A DNA stretch of 64,000 nucleotides from Chrysomallon squamiferum (taxonomy: Eukaryota > Animalia > Mollusca), in NCBI GenBank assembly GCA_012295275.1, contig CM022666.1, positions 7,874,001 through 7,938,000 on the forward strand, given 5' to 3'. The notes under the pieces were generated by a model that saw only the letters and a program-made list of their open reading frames with translations, searched no databases and was not told the DNA's origin. Made by a program: the position numbers and the translations under genes. Within the stretch, counting starts at the first letter, position 1, and every line of letters starts with the position of its first letter. Below are positions 43,751 to 58,514 of the stretch, piece after piece.

Positions 43751-45320
43751 GTTGTTGTTGTTGTTGTTTTTATTATCGTAAATAAGGAAGCTAAGCACTC
43801 TTTGTTATATAAATTAAAATAAGAATGTATCTAATATAATAAAAATGAAAACTAATAATCATATTAATACTGTTTATTTAGAAACTCAGTTTAATACGTT
43901 GACAAGCTTTTTATCATTTATAATGTGTAAACATTTATTTATACTTATATATAGTTTCTTCGATTACCGGTAATAACTACAATTGTAGACTTCGCAGCGA
44001 AGATATATTTTTGTCGCACTATTATTTTGCTTTATTATTAACAAAGTTCGGACGCTTTAGAAAACATAAAATTAAAAAGGACATTTATTTAGGCAATTTT
44101 GTATCTTTAGAGATATAAACAAATAAATAAATATATAATGGATGGATGGATGGATGGATGGATGGATAATCATAACTAAATATTAACTTATATTATCTCA
44201 CAGCATTTTTCCATTTACAGTTTAAATAAATATACAAAAATATAGATTATAAAAGGTGTATGGAAATTAATTTCGAAAAATACGACATTAATTTCTACGG
44301 GAAAAATGTATGTCCTTTTATCTCTACGGGAAACAACCATACAAAAAAATATATATATCTTTTCGCTAATCCGTATGAATATATCGCGAACTTTTTCATT
44401 CAGACCTTCATTAAACAAAACACTCTGTGTATCTTTCATACGTAACAAATATTAAAATAAATAGAGACATTATCAGATAAATATCATTTTGAACGTATCT
44501 AAAACTTTTGCAAACCCCATTACATCTTCACAGTCAGATCAGATAGGCGTGTAATTTTCATCCGCGTAATCCGGATTTTATCCGTTCGTCCTTGGTAAGC
44601 TTGATTACTTTTCCTTCAGTAAACAGATCGATAAAAGATGTATAGCCTTTAAATATTCTGATAAATCTTTCTTTTGATTACTTTCGACGTCGACAAGTTA
44701 TGTAAGTAGCGTAAGTCAGTGTCACGGTTTTGTTTTAGCGTTCGCTTTGTTTCGGTTAATTTCGGAAATAAAATTTATTTCAAATGTAAAATAAATAAAT
44801 AAATAAATAAATAAATTAATTAATAAAAAAATACGGATACTGATTTTAAAATCTATGAAATCTGGCCGGAAGAAAAAAAAATAAAAAATAAAATAAAACT
44901 TTAATGAAAACTAAAATTTTAACCAAAAAAACAACAAACATATGATAATAATAATAATGATAATAATAATAATTACTTAATTTTTGTTTAAAAAAAGAAG
45001 AAAAAAAGAGAGAATGTAAACAGGAATACGAAAGTAAACTGATTTTATTTCCTGTTTTTTCATTTAAATGCAAAATGTTTCTTACTTTTTTATAATTATT
45101 ATTATTTTTATATTTTTTAAATTCTGGAAGTATAAATTTCGCTCATACGTTGAATTTGAAAATAAAAATTTTCGATTTCATTTCGGTTGGTTAGTTAAAG
45201 TTTTTATGTTGTTGTTATTGCTGTATCGTCGTCGTCGTTGTCATCATCAATTCATTATTATTATTATCATCATCTACATTATTGTTATCATCGCCACCAA
45301 CATCATCATCATCATCATCA

Positions 45321-45365
<45 letters not shown>

Positions 45366-45869
45366 TAATGTAGTCTTCTCTATAATGTTTATTTTAAATT
45401 AAAGGCTATAAGAAACATTCGCAAATCCTGTAGCATTTTGTTGGAAAAAGAAATAGTAAAACTAGAAGTATCACTGTAATTCTCCGTTGATAAAATATCG
45501 TACTCTATGCAATCTCTCCATATAATTTATTTTCATCTATAATTACCTGAACAAGATTGGTATAATCTTCACCGAAAAAATCTTCCTGTCCATTTCAAAA
45601 TAATGACGAGGACATGAAAGCTCTGATTCTAGTATATTGAAAAAAGCCATGTGCATCATATGCCGTGAGCAAAAGTTAACTATTTGCTAAGTGAAAACAC
45701 TTTCACTGTTATTACAGATACAAATTATTTATTAAATATTGAAATTGTTGTTTTTGTTGTGCTGCTTCTTCTTCTACGTCTTTTTTTCTCTCTCTCTTTT
45801 ATTCTATCTAATTATTTTAATTTATTTATTTAAGAAAGTGGGTGAAAACATTCAAAGATGTTCTCTCTC

Positions 45870-45957
<88 letters not shown>

Positions 45958-46521
45958 TTGAAAAATAGATATTTAAAATGTATAATAAATTGTACATCCA
46001 AGCGCATTCAGGGTAAGCTAAGAAATACTGTTGACTTAATTTTACGGACCAGACACTTTCAGTATTTCACTTTTCAAGCAAAGTAACAAGCTGCTTTATC
46101 AAAAATCGTGACATATGCTTTTGCTGCTTACGGAAAAGTGCAAATAAAACATATATTTTCTGCTGATTCCCAACAAGGAGGTTGTAACAGCATGTTTCCT
46201 GTCACTTTTCGTGATTATTAAAGGAAATTGGTTTCATAGCCAACTAATTATTGTTAAATGTTTTGTGCAGTCGTATAACACTCATCGGTTTATTTTCAAA
46301 GAAGACATGATCGTAAAAGTGTTTATACCTTGTGCACACAATTTTTACACTGTAAACATAACCATTGAAGCTTCAACAATTTATTTATTTTTTTTACTTT
46401 CAAAGATAATCCATCCAAGTAGAAATTTTTTTTTTTTTTTATTTATTTTTTAAATTTATTTTGGAAGCAAAAATGTAATCACAACAATTTTTCCTGCACA
46501 CACACAAACACACACACACAC

Positions 46522-46583
<62 letters not shown>

Positions 46584-48033
46584 CTTTATATCTTAAGACA
46601 TTAACCAGTTATCTCCTTTATCAAACATAACCGAAAAATTAAGTTTTATTTCTAAACTCACCACTCCCGACAATAGCAGATTCATGTTTATTGATTTTGT
46701 CGTCGCTAAAATATTAAAACAAAGTCGATGTTATATAACAACAATTTGTTATTTATTATTTAAAATGAAAACTGTTTAAGAAATTTTCTTTTAAGATGCA
46801 AATGAGCAATTAAACATCGAGGAAATAACATTGAACAGTACACCTAGTAATGGATCGAAGTAAATAATAGCTCTATATATATACCGTAATAGCCCGAAAT
46901 ATACACCATAATGGCCTGTTTTCGATCACCGTCTTCAAATTAGCATCGAGTAAAATATATGTTATGATCACCATGATAATAATTATGAAGTTAACTTGAG
47001 ACCAGTGCACGTGCCTTTGCTCCTCTTTCTTGTCTGGTCAAGTACAGTATTCTAACAAATAAACAATCACCGAAATCCTCAACAAGTGACTTGAGTCCCA
47101 TAAGGAATATAAAACCAGAAGTTACCCCCATTGCTTTGAAAATAATAACTCCTTATATTATAAGCAATAAGTTTTCCATAAAAGACAAACCAAATGAGAA
47201 AACAACCCGAAAGCTTTCTGCTGGATGGAAAAAATGAAGAGTTTTTAAGGAATATACTTAATGATCAATTAGCAGGACCAAACGAAAACGAGGCTTGGTG
47301 GTGCAGGATGGATACAGATGTCTTTGTGGATGTGAAGGTTTCTTGCTGGCAACGATATCATAATCAGAAGGAAAACAAGAACTCAAGATGCTACTGAAAC
47401 TCGGACAGTGACTGGGTCTACTGCTGTAATGTGGCAAAGCTCTTGCATGATCGTGTATCCACCAGTTCGTGTAGCTGTTCCTGCTCACCGATCTGATGTT
47501 GAAAATTGGAATCGCTTCACAGGCATGTGCCTATTTCTGTGAAATTCTAGCTGCAGTGTTGTCATGACACCTTATTCAAACACCACACACGTTTAGAAAC
47601 TCATTACTGAAAGTTACGTGTATGTAACAGTAATGCAGATTAGAAGAGATTTCCACCATTATACGTAATATATCACGGTTGCGTGATTTGCATTACGTTA
47701 TTTGATTAGCACGTTAAATTTTTCACTCTCTCAATATCCGCTAACCTCGTTTTAGAGCCGGGGCTTAAGCTACCCGATTTTAATCAGCATCAGATGGTTT
47801 GAAGACGTAGAGTTGTTTTAAAAAAAAAGAAAAAAAAAAGAGATAATGATGATTATACCTTGTTTGCAAAAGAAAATGTTTTATTTATATAAACGCTTAT
47901 TACACGACTCCTTGTTATGCGTTTGTGTGTGTGTGTGTGTGTGTTTTATTTATGTGTATATTTATATAAATACACACAAACATACATATATACAGAGATG
48001 TAATTCTTTATTCAAAAAATAAAAAGTAAATAA

Positions 48034-49050
48034 CTAAACACTTGTCTTTCCACTGAAGGCGTTATCATTCAGACACCTGAAAAGGCCTCGTATCATTTTC
48101 CTGAAGTTTTTGCTGAAAATGAGAAACATAAAAACCTTAATGGAACAGTTTGAGTACGAAATGAAGAGAAGCACAAGCTGAACGAGGCCTTCGCCATTGG
48201 ACAGCTCAGCTATTTTCATCGAACTGGACCGCAGTAAATAGTACAACCTCATCACGTGGATGGGAGAGTTCATCAAGAGAAACGAGACCGACAGAGCGAA
48301 CAGCATCTTAGCAACCCGAACCTGCGGATGAATGTTCGACAGGCGCCTTCCAGAACCTTCCCTGTTTGGACTGAAGCCGCTTCTCAAGCGAAAGCTGTTG
48401 GCTGTGGACAGAATCATCGTCGTGAGCATGATGGCAATGCCTGACAGCGGAATGAGGAGGGTGATTATGGAATCGACGTACGTGAAGATAGACGTGAGGT
48501 TCTGGTACTCGAGATTCTTGTCACACAGAGCGCGCGAACTTCCCGGCGCTTGTCTGACCTTGGTGAAGACGACTGAAAAACTGTACATGACTAAAGCGGC
48601 CAGCGCCAGCACGACGACTACGGTAGTGGCGCGTGCGCGCGAGCACATCACCTGAACGTGCGTCGGGTGACAGATGGTTATGTAGTTCTCGACAGTCACA
48701 CACACCATGTACCACACGGACAAAAAGCTGCAGACGTACGTGAGGTAAACAAGACTTTGACACACCCCCTGCGCGTGGTTTAAGTAGTAACCCAGCACTT
48801 CCAGCCACACGAAGAAGAGGCTGACTAAAAATCCGGTATCGGACACAAGTACTGCTAACACGTACACGCTGGACGACAGCTTCCGTAACGAATTCCGGCA
48901 GAATACCCACATTGAAATACTGTTTCCCAGGAAACCAACTCCGACAATGATGGGGAGAACGTAAACGTAGAGCACTGTGGCTATTTTCTTGATAAGGATG
49001 TCTTCTGCCAACCACAGCCGGGTACTGTTCCATGTTAGATTTGCCGCCAT
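48034..49050 (-). CDS. Class A (rhodopsin-like) 7TM receptor of the invertebrate FMRFamide/sex-peptide-receptor-like orphan peptide group; single coding exon, 338 aa
   Basis: Seven hydrophobic segments, N-terminal N-glycosylation sites (NLT, NST), TM1 GFLGN, TM2 LVSD, Cys at the start of TM3, SVW....TVENY..ICHP, TM5 IP, TM6 NSP. An acceptor TTCCAG lies 5 nt before the ATG, implying upstream 5'UTR exon(s). Confidence 0.93.
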   Translation of the reverse strand: MAANLTWNSTRLWLAEDILIKKIATVLYVYVLPIIVGVGFLGNSISMWVFCRNSLRKLSSSVYVLAVLVSDTGFLVSLFFVWLEVLGYYLNHAQGVCQSLVYLTYVCSFLSVWYMVCVTVENYITICHPTHVQVMCSRARATTVVVVLALAALVMYSFSVVFTKVRQAPGSSRALCDKNLEYQNLTSIFTYVDSIITLLIPLSGIAIMLTTMILSTANSFRLRSGFSPNREGSGRRLSNIHPQVRVAKMLFALSVSFLLMNSPIHVMRLYYLLRSSSMKIAELSNGEGLVQLVLLFISYSNCSIKVFMFLIFSKNFRKMIRGLFRCLNDNAFSGKTSV

Positions 49051-49059
49051 TCAAACTGG

Positions 49060-49095
49060 AATAATAATAATAATGATAATAATAGTAATAATATT

Positions 49096-49177
<82 letters not shown>

Positions 49178-49197
49178 GTTGTAGTAGTAGTAGTAGT

Positions 49198-49228
<31 letters not shown>

Positions 49229-49630
49229 GTTGTAGTATTAATAATAATAATAATAATAGTAATAATAATAATAATAATAAATATAATAGTATTAATAATA
49301 ATAACAATAGCAGCACCAGCAATTATAAAAACAACAATAATGATAATGATCATAATAATAATAATAATAATAATAATAACAGAAGCAGCAACAACAATGA
49401 TGACGATGATGATGGTGATGATGATGAATCATATCATTAATAATAATAATAATAATGACAATGACAATAGTAGAAATAATAATAATAATAACAATAACAG
49501 CAGCAGCAGCAACAACGACAACAACAACAATGATGATGATGATGATGGTGACGATGATCGCGATCATAATAATAATAATAATAATAATGACAATAGTAGT
49601 AGTAATAATAATAATAACAACAGATAGCAA
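49060..49630. repeat. Compound trinucleotide microsatellite (AAT/AGT/GAT/AAC)n; similar tracts at 24133-24365, 36370-36880, 40515-41060, 41437-41640 and 50540-51010
   Basis: Directly visible. These tracts explain the poly-I/L/Y/T ORFs in the ORF track. Confidence 0.95.
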
Positions 49631-50541
49631 TAATCAAAACAGAAATAAAAACTGAAACAATAACAGTTTTATTACTAAGAGTAACAACATTAACAGCATA
49701 CATCAGCAGAGAGTTGAGAAATAAAAGTTCACTTAAAATAATAACATCAACAAAAGCACTGTTACTATAGCAACGATAACAACTGCAGCAAACTACAATA
49801 GCAGTAGCAGCAGCAGCAACAACTGCAATAAATAAGCAAACAAACAATTTATATGTGTTTGTCATTGTTGTTTTTGTTGTTATTGTAATTACTAGTATTA
49901 CCATTATTAATATCTTTATTATATTTATGATCAATAAATCAATACGTTTGTGGTTTTTGTTATATCATCATTATCATTAAAACGTATATTGTTCGCTTGT
50001 TGTCATTTTCATTATCACCACTATCATCATCATTGTAATCATTATAGCGTTTATAAACTGTATATTTTATTGTTACTGCTTGTATTTTAAAACAAATACT
50101 GAGATTACTAATTATTATTTAAAAAAAATTTTGGGACCTTCTTTGCGATTCTTTCTGTTTGTGTTATCTTCAGATATGATCTGCATGTTGTTATGGGACC
50201 GAAGAATAACGATTAATGCTCCTCCGTTCTTACGTTATCATTATACGAAAAGAAAATTATCAATAATAAAAGGTTTCAATAAATACTCTTAAAACGAGTA
50301 GAGATGTTTAAACAAATTATCGAATATTCTGTAGATTTCATTATTAATATATTTTTTTCTGGTTTAATATCGAATTCATAACCAGTTTGCCTTCGAGCCA
50401 ATTTTACAGTAATTCATTTCTAGTGCACCAGACGACACTTATGGATTTAATAACTTGCTCATTTCAAGATGGTGAAAATTTTAAATTTGTTTTTTACAGT
50501 CAGACATTTATATCAATAATCCTTTTTTTTATTAGTATCAT

Positions 50542-50619
<78 letters not shown>

Positions 50620-51699
50620 ACTACAGCTACTTCTATAATTAGTACTACTGCTTCTAATGCCAATATTACAACCACTACTACTACTACTACTACTACGACT
50701 GCTACCACTACTGTTACTGCTACTTCTACTACTACTACTACTACACTACAACTATTATCACTACAGCTACTACTATAATTACTACTACTGCTACTTTTAC
50801 TACTACTATACAATATTACTACTATTGCCACTACTACTATACTGCAGCTGCTGTGACTATTACTACTACCACTTCTACTACTGCTACTGCAAAGACTACA
50901 GCTGTCATTTACGACTGTTACTACTGCTGCTGCTGCTGTTGCTACTACCACTACTGCTACTACTACTACTTCTACTGCTACTCCTACTGCTATTATTTAA
51001 ATAATAATAATATAAAAAACATTCTAGTGATTATTTCTTGGCAATGAAAAAAACTTTAATGGAGAAATTAATGTAACGTAAATGTTATTTTATATGTTTT
51101 TCAGCGTGCTGGCTTCTCGAAAAAGTTTTGTATGCCCACAGGAAACAAATTATCCGAAGAAATAAACTGTTTCGAAAAATGAAAGGCAGCCCTCATCCGC
51201 CATTTTATTTTGGAAAACGTAGCCGACTTTACAAACATGAAGAAGTCAGTCTCATACATGTCTGCCGTGTTATTTTCATATTCCAGGATCCTCATCAATT
51301 CGGTATTTGGGAATCGATTCCGAAACAACTTCGGCAAACAGAAGTTAACGATAAGATTTTAGAGACGTCGAGACAGTATTTATCGGGAAGAAATTTAAAA
51401 GTATAAAAGAAACTCTATCATTATTATATTGATTTTCGTTGCGTAACATTGCTCGTGCGTAAAGTATTGGTTCCGAAACGCAAAGTGGCGAAGAACAATG
51501 ACTTACCGAAAAGAATGAAATCAATAATTTAATTAAAAACAGTATTTAGTTACTAGAATGAATGAAAGAATAGATGAACAACTAAGCGAAAGGAATGATA
51601 AAATAAATGACTATATATTAACGTTAATGGTTACCTGTTGTCGCTTTTTGATTAGTCGAAGAGGAAACCCGACATTTACGATTTCAACTTAAAAAGGGC

Positions 51700-51789
51700 T
51701 GTATACAAATAGTATATCTTACTTTATTTTGTACATGTATTGTAAGCAGTGAGCCGAACGGCTTAAAGCTATAAAACAACACAACACAA

Positions 51790-51790
<1 letters not shown>
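51700..51790 (+). mobile_element. 3' tail of a non-LTR retrotransposon (5'-truncated), followed by a (GA)n tract
   Basis: ACTTTATTTTGTACATGTATTGTAAGCAGTGAGCCGAACGGCTTAAAGCTATAAAA is nearly identical to 59957-60013. Confidence 0.7.
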
Positions 51791-52219
<429 letters not shown>

Positions 52220-52940
52220 CCAGTCACGAATGTTCATCGATAATGACGTGGCTCTAACTGAAAAAAAAGAAGAAAAAAAATGAAAAAAAAAAAAAGCACA
52301 TAAAAAAACAGTCCACGTTATTCTATAACAATTAAACATGCTCCAAGCTGAATCAATAACAGATTACAAAGTATACTGCTATGTTGACAAACTGTATCCA
52401 TTTACGCTAATAACATTTCTTCGCTCCGACTGCAAAACTGTTTCCGAATCTGGAATTTAAGTAATTTCTAATCAGTGTGACTGTTTCAGTTTTAAAGGGC
52501 AGGTTGCAGTGATGACATTGTTTTTCCGTTTGCGCTGATAACTTTGCTCGTCCCAGGGGGTTACTGGCTTACAGTGTGTGGAATATAACCTCCTGTCAAT
52601 CAGTCTAGCTAGTGAAATAGTTAAGCAATCGTCCTTCAAATTACAGATTTCGCGTCCTGGCTGCTTTTAAAAGTTAAACAGTATGTGAAAAACCTGTCTT
52701 ATCTCTTTAAATAAACCTCTGAGAATGCATCATTAGCACTGCCTTGAGTAAAAAGCCCAAGCTTTTGAATTGCATAGCCAAGACAGGCGTACTCGAGCCG
52801 TCATTGGCTGTAAGAAAATCTCAAATAGTGTGACATATTATTTCTTTTAAATGTACTTTAAAAATGTTTTAATGAACCCTCTCTGAACTGATCCATTTTA
52901 TAGACGCATCCTCAGACCAAATCATACATATATGAAAGAT

Positions 52941-53206
52941 GAAAGAAATGTTTTATTCACAGACGAATTCAGCACAATGTTTTAATCTACGATAAATTCG
53001 GGTCATACATACGGTTAAGAACCAGACAGATAATGATCGAAAAAACAAAAAAAAAAACCCCAGAAAACTTGCTGCTGCCAGTTTATGTTACTCGTTTTCA
53101 GTTAGCAACAGAGAATCTTTTATATGATCCTTTTCATAAACGGTAAAATACAAACAATGGCTGTTCATAAACCAGTCGTGGCGCACTGGCTGGAACTGGA
53201 AATAAC
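52941..53206 (-). mobile_element. SINE-like interspersed repeat, best-preserved copy in the window
   Basis: GAAAGAAATGTTTTATT tail, core shared with other copies in the window, and CCAGTCGTGGCGCACTGGCTGGAAC. Resembles an abundant gastropod SINE as I recall it (not verified). Confidence 0.55.
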
Positions 53207-53277
53207 TGAAACCTATACGTGAAAGGGTTTAGCCATTTATGTTCATCTTATGATACTAATACATAAATAAACATACA

Positions 53278-53349
<72 letters not shown>

Positions 53350-53792
53350 ATACACACACACGCACACGCAAACACACTTTCTGATACACAAGATAGAGCT
53401 TGCGAAAGATGACAGAGACAGGTCTTTGATATATTTATTTTATTTATAACACCATCGTGGTTGTACAATAACATCCTAATAACTTCTAGGGTAAACAGAA
53501 TCTGCGAGATGTCAACGACTTGGCTTTTCAATAGATTACACAGCGCTGTCGGGCATTACAGTTCAACGCTTCTCGTGCAAAGAATGGTTCACGCAAAAAC
53601 AACGTCTCAAATGACGTAACAAGTGCAAGAAGAAAGGTAAAGTGCGTCCGGAACACTCGACACTTAACAAACCGTCGCAACGCGGTTTTAATGAAAACGG
53701 ATTACAGAGATCACGAAACTGAAGAAGGAATCAACGATGATTTTAGTGTCATTAATATTTGATTTTTGCGTGTATATTCTCTTTCGATCAAG

Positions 53793-53873
<81 letters not shown>

Positions 53874-54283
53874 CTTCTTCTTCTTCTTCTTCTTCTTATT
53901 ATTATTATCATCATCATCATCATCATCATTTTTTTAGACTGTCGTATCTTGTTGGGTTTTTAAAAATATTTTGTTCCTGCGAAGTAATGTTTATGAAAGA
54001 GATATCGTTGCTGTTCGATAAAGAGATGGTATCAAGTTTTGTTTCTCTGATTATCATATGAAACCAGAGATATGACGTTCAGTAACCTTTAAAACCAAAA
54101 TATTTTAAGGAATCGCTGCTTTCCTTCATTTATTCATCTGTTAATTCACTTATTCATTCTTTTAACCTCTGTTTTATATTTAAGAACGGGACTTTGAATT
54201 GTGCCGGATTAAACAGAAATCCGGGCTGGTCAAAGGCCGGTTTTCGCAGAGTGCGCTAAATATATATCTATATATATATATAT

Positions 54284-54948
54284 GGTGACTGGAAAAAAAG
54301 TTACAGGAAAATTAGTCACAGAAAAAAGTCACAATTTAGAATAGGAAAATAATCACATGAAAAAAAGTAAAAAAATGTATGGGTTTGTAAAGTATTGAAT
54401 GTGGCATCATAGTATGCATGGGGTAATTGTTAAGCTTATTGAATAGACTAGATTAAAGAAAGTGGCTTCGTATTGTGCAGGGATGGTGACTTGTTACATT
54501 TATTAATTAGCATCTGTTAGGCAGGATTACGTCCAGCTACTGATTAGGATAGATTTAAACTAAGGGCTTCCTTTTGTAAATGATTTATAAAATGTGCCAG
54601 GTGAAAATGTGTTTCCCTATATGTCCTCTAGCTTGCTCTGGTATGAGAAGTCTGTTTAATATGGATATTATTCATAGCAATAAGGGTAATAACAAAAGCT
54701 TTTATGAATGGTTCATGTATACCAAACATGCAACTCGCAAAACAAAGTTGTGGTGTAAATGAGTCAAAAGATCTAGTTGTAATTGGCAGAATCTCTTCAT
54801 GATATTGGGTGGAACATCCGCCTAAACCACAAACATTAAAATCAAAGAACATTAACAAAAAAACTCTGACAAAATGTGTTTAATTTATCTTTCATTTCTA
54901 ATATATTTCTTAATCTTAATTAAAAATTGTGACTTTTTTCCTAGAATC
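54284..54948 (-). mobile_element. Internally deleted DNA transposon, probably MULE/Rehavkus-like, inserted in a (TA)n tract
   Basis: Left end has tandem GGAAAAAAGTCACA-type repeats and the right end has the inverted TGTGACTTTTTTCC; (TA)n on both flanks. Minus-strand remnant LPITTRSFDSF...HEPFIKAFVITL is weakly reminiscent of the MULE transposase C-terminal region. Confidence 0.5.
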
Positions 54949-55437
54949 ATATATATATATATATATATATGAACGGTTATTTAATCACGAAAAGAAAAAA
55001 GAAAAGAAAAGACAGCATACTGCTGAATATATATTTCTTTAATAACTGAACAACGATGAAAACAAAAAATTACTACCTCATTAATTTTAAATTAAGAAAA
55101 AAAAAAGGTTTCAGACGCACACAAAAGGCCAGTTTTAGACAACGGTGCGCTTTTTATTAAGAAAGAAAACACATCAAAAACAAAATACAAAAGGCAGAGG
55201 AGGCCGCATCTGTAATTTCGAGCGCTCGGTTTGTCATTTTGTTCAGGGGTATATTATTTCCTTATTATTTACTCGGTTAATGCATTTCATATGGTTAATT
55301 TCCTTTCTGTACAAATCATATCGTGTTACTGTTTTTTGGTTGTTGTTGTTTTTAAATGTTTTCTGGTTTTTTCCTTGTACTAAAGATGTTGAAATACAGA
55401 AATGGTTAATTAAAAGAACACGAGCCGTACAGTCTAT

Positions 55438-55489
<52 letters not shown>

Positions 55490-56206
55490 TTTTCCTAAAA
55501 GCAGTGTATATTCAAACAACTGAAAAACCACTATCACACATCGCTGTGGAAATTCGCTTTCTGTTGGTTATTTGGTTATTATAACACGCCAGATGATTGC
55601 AGGTTTTGATGTTACCAAAGCAACCAGAATTAATGTTTAATGACAAAGAAAAACAAATAATAATAATCAATAATAATCAATAATAATAATAATAATAACA
55701 ACAACAACAACAACAATAATAAAAACCATAAAACACAAAACAAAAAACAAATCAGATCTAATTGAAAAACAAAAAAAAAAGAATAAGAAAAAGAACTCGG
55801 TACTTGATCTGCAGAACAGAATATCGAAAAAAGAGATAAAAACACTATTTTAAAGAAACAGTTTTGCTATGCAACTAGTTTTCGTACTTGCTGAGAATTA
55901 ATTAAAGACGAGTCGAATGCCAGCTCGCCTGGGGAGCCGATCTCTCCGCTGATGCTGAACTGGAAATAGGGCCACTGCTATGGGTTTGCATTGATACGAC
56001 TTCTGTCTCACCCCCCGGCTCACATCGCCCCATTAACCGTAAATTAAAGCAAAGCAAATTCCGTAACCTCGCGCCATTACGATCATTCACTTCCGGGTCA
56101 TGTATCATTGGAGGATTGCGTATTGAATAGATAAATACAATATTAAAAAAAAAAAAAATAATAATAGTAATAATGATGATGATGATGATGATGATAATAA
56201 TAAAAA

Positions 56207-56264
<58 letters not shown>

Positions 56265-56358
56265 CTGTTACAAATACCACTACACTGTAACAACCAATGT
56301 AACAACTAATACTAATTCTTCTTTAATAATTCTGCTGCTACAACTACTACTACTAGAC

Positions 56359-56409
<51 letters not shown>

Positions 56410-56416
<7 letters not shown>

Positions 56417-56612
56417 TATGGTTTAAATGATGCTGCTAAAGAAGAGACCTATAACTGCCAATACACGTAACAGCGGTAAGAGATCGTGTCTAAGAACCTT
56501 CCCACAAACAGTAGAGTATACTGTTAAAGTTCACACATGAAAACAGAAACTGGAGGGGGCTGATACTGCGAACCATCGTTTCCGAGATCTTGCTCTACTA
56601 CCGATGAGCTAA
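56410..56612 (-). mobile_element. Highly degenerate SINE-like copy
   Basis: TAACAGCGGTAAGAGATC..CCTTCCCACAAACAG and a terminal GCTCTACTACCGATGAGCTA (antisense tRNA A-box-like head). Confidence 0.35.
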
Positions 56613-57369
56613 GTTTACTAAGATGATAACCGCTGCTGTGTTTTTGTCTTTAGTGGTAGATTTAGAAAATTAGAGACTGAGAATATAACACACATTACAC
56701 GGTAACAGTTGCAAGATGCCAATACTACTAATATTATTACTAATACCGCTATCATTGCCAGTACTAGTACCAATAATAATAATATGATTACTACCACTAT
56801 CACAACCACCACTTCTGCTACTACCATTACTACTACCATCGCACTAGTACTGTACCTTTACTACTGATACTCTGCTACTACTAATAATAATTCTATTACA
56901 AATACCATTACACTGTAACAACCAATGTAACAACTAATTCTTCTTCTTTAATAATTCTGCTGCTGCAACTGCTACTATTCTTTATGTTTTTAATTTTAAA
57001 ATGTTTATGCCAAATTATTTACGTATTTAGATGCCTTGGTAACAGAAAACCGGAAAATCCAGAAATCCGGAATGCCTCAGGCCTCAATATTTATTACTAT
57101 TACTCATAATTCCGGATTATGTACATTAATACTACTGATACTACTACTGCTATTACTAATTATACTAATGTTTATTATAATAATAAAAATAACAATAATA
57201 ATAATGTTGAACATAATGACAACGATGATGATGACGTCGACGAACTCAATGATTATATCTTGATGATGATTTTATACTGATACTTGGTACAACTTTTAAA
57301 TAGATAAAATAAAAATCAACCCTGCTTCATATATTATCACAATATATTACGATGTTAGAAACGTCAGTA

Positions 57370-57429
<60 letters not shown>

Positions 57430-58281
57430 TTAATACACTTAAAATAACCTATTCATTGACGAAATAAACAAAACGCAATAAAACAAAATTTTAAAGAACG
57501 ACAACTTAAATTAAACTGAAGTTAATAAAACGGGTCAAAATAATGACACTGACAGTAAACAAACTGATGGACAATCCAGATCAACGAAGGAAAAGAAAAT
57601 TCCACGAAAGAAAAGCAGAAACGAAATAAAATAAAACAGAACAAATAAATCGTTATACTTACTGACAGAATATGCAGGCGTGAATGGATTGTCGCGGAAG
57701 AATACGATAAATTAATCTGTCGTTGACACAGCCGGCGCTGACGCTGTAAATTTTATCGAAGAATCGGTAAACGCATTTATCTTGCTGCTTCCGTGCTCTT
57801 TTTTTTTTTTTTTTTTTTTGGACCGGATCTTTGTGGACTCAGTGAGTTATTGTTCTTGCCGCGATTAATTAATGTGCAGTTGCTAATTCGCGAGTAACTC
57901 ATTGACTGAGCTTTGCAGCAGAGATTGTTGTATATGACATTTTACTGGCTGATGTACTTTAGGTTATACTTCTAAACACAACTTGTTTTTTTTTCTTCTT
58001 AATTTGATGATTTATTAACTGGATTTCTATGGTGCCGGCCGTTGTTTGAACAAGCGTGCATGCTTGTGCGTATGTGTGTGTGTGTGTCTGTGGTTGTACA
58101 ATGTATATTTATTTACTCATATTCTGTTATTTACATTTTGTTGTTGTTGTTGATGATGATGTTGTTATTATTTTTAATGTTGTTATTACTGTTATTACTG
58201 TTGTCAGTGGTGGTGGTTGTTCTAGTTATTATTATCATTAATACTACTACTACCACTACTGCTATTGTTACTATTTTACTA

Positions 58282-58514
58282 CTGCAAAGTGCATAGGAGG
58301 GGGCCTGAAGGGGCGGTGTCCCAGGGCATCCAATCAGAGAAAAGCATTTAATAAATTTGGTTCATTTACATTTAAATCGAATAAAATGATTATTTTACGT
58401 TTCATTTGTGTTTACATATTCAAAATATCTTCCTTTCTCATAATATTTCTCATTTCTAAGCCTTATACTTGAGTCTTTGGTTCCGGGCATCACCAGACCT
58501 CTGCACGCTACTGC
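58282..58514. mobile_element. Degenerate MITE
   Basis: GC-rich ends in an AT-rich context; right end CCTCTGCACGCTACTG, internal direct motif CC(A)GGGCATC near both ends, left TIR eroded. Confidence 0.4.

Noticed and set aside
47194-47488. Short complex ORFs downstream of the GPCR (and 51101-51406 upstream)
   Set aside because: No recognisable domain or exon chain; more simply explained as UTR sequence.
48332-49054. 107-aa antisense and 177-aa alternative-frame ORFs over the GPCR
   Set aside because: Expected by-products of a GC-rich coding exon.
48977-51047. Long ORFs of poly-Ile/Leu/Tyr/Thr/Asn (also 24119-24385, 36312-36962, 38682-39207, 51719-52339, 61427-62020)
   Set aside because: They are translations of microsatellites or minisatellites.
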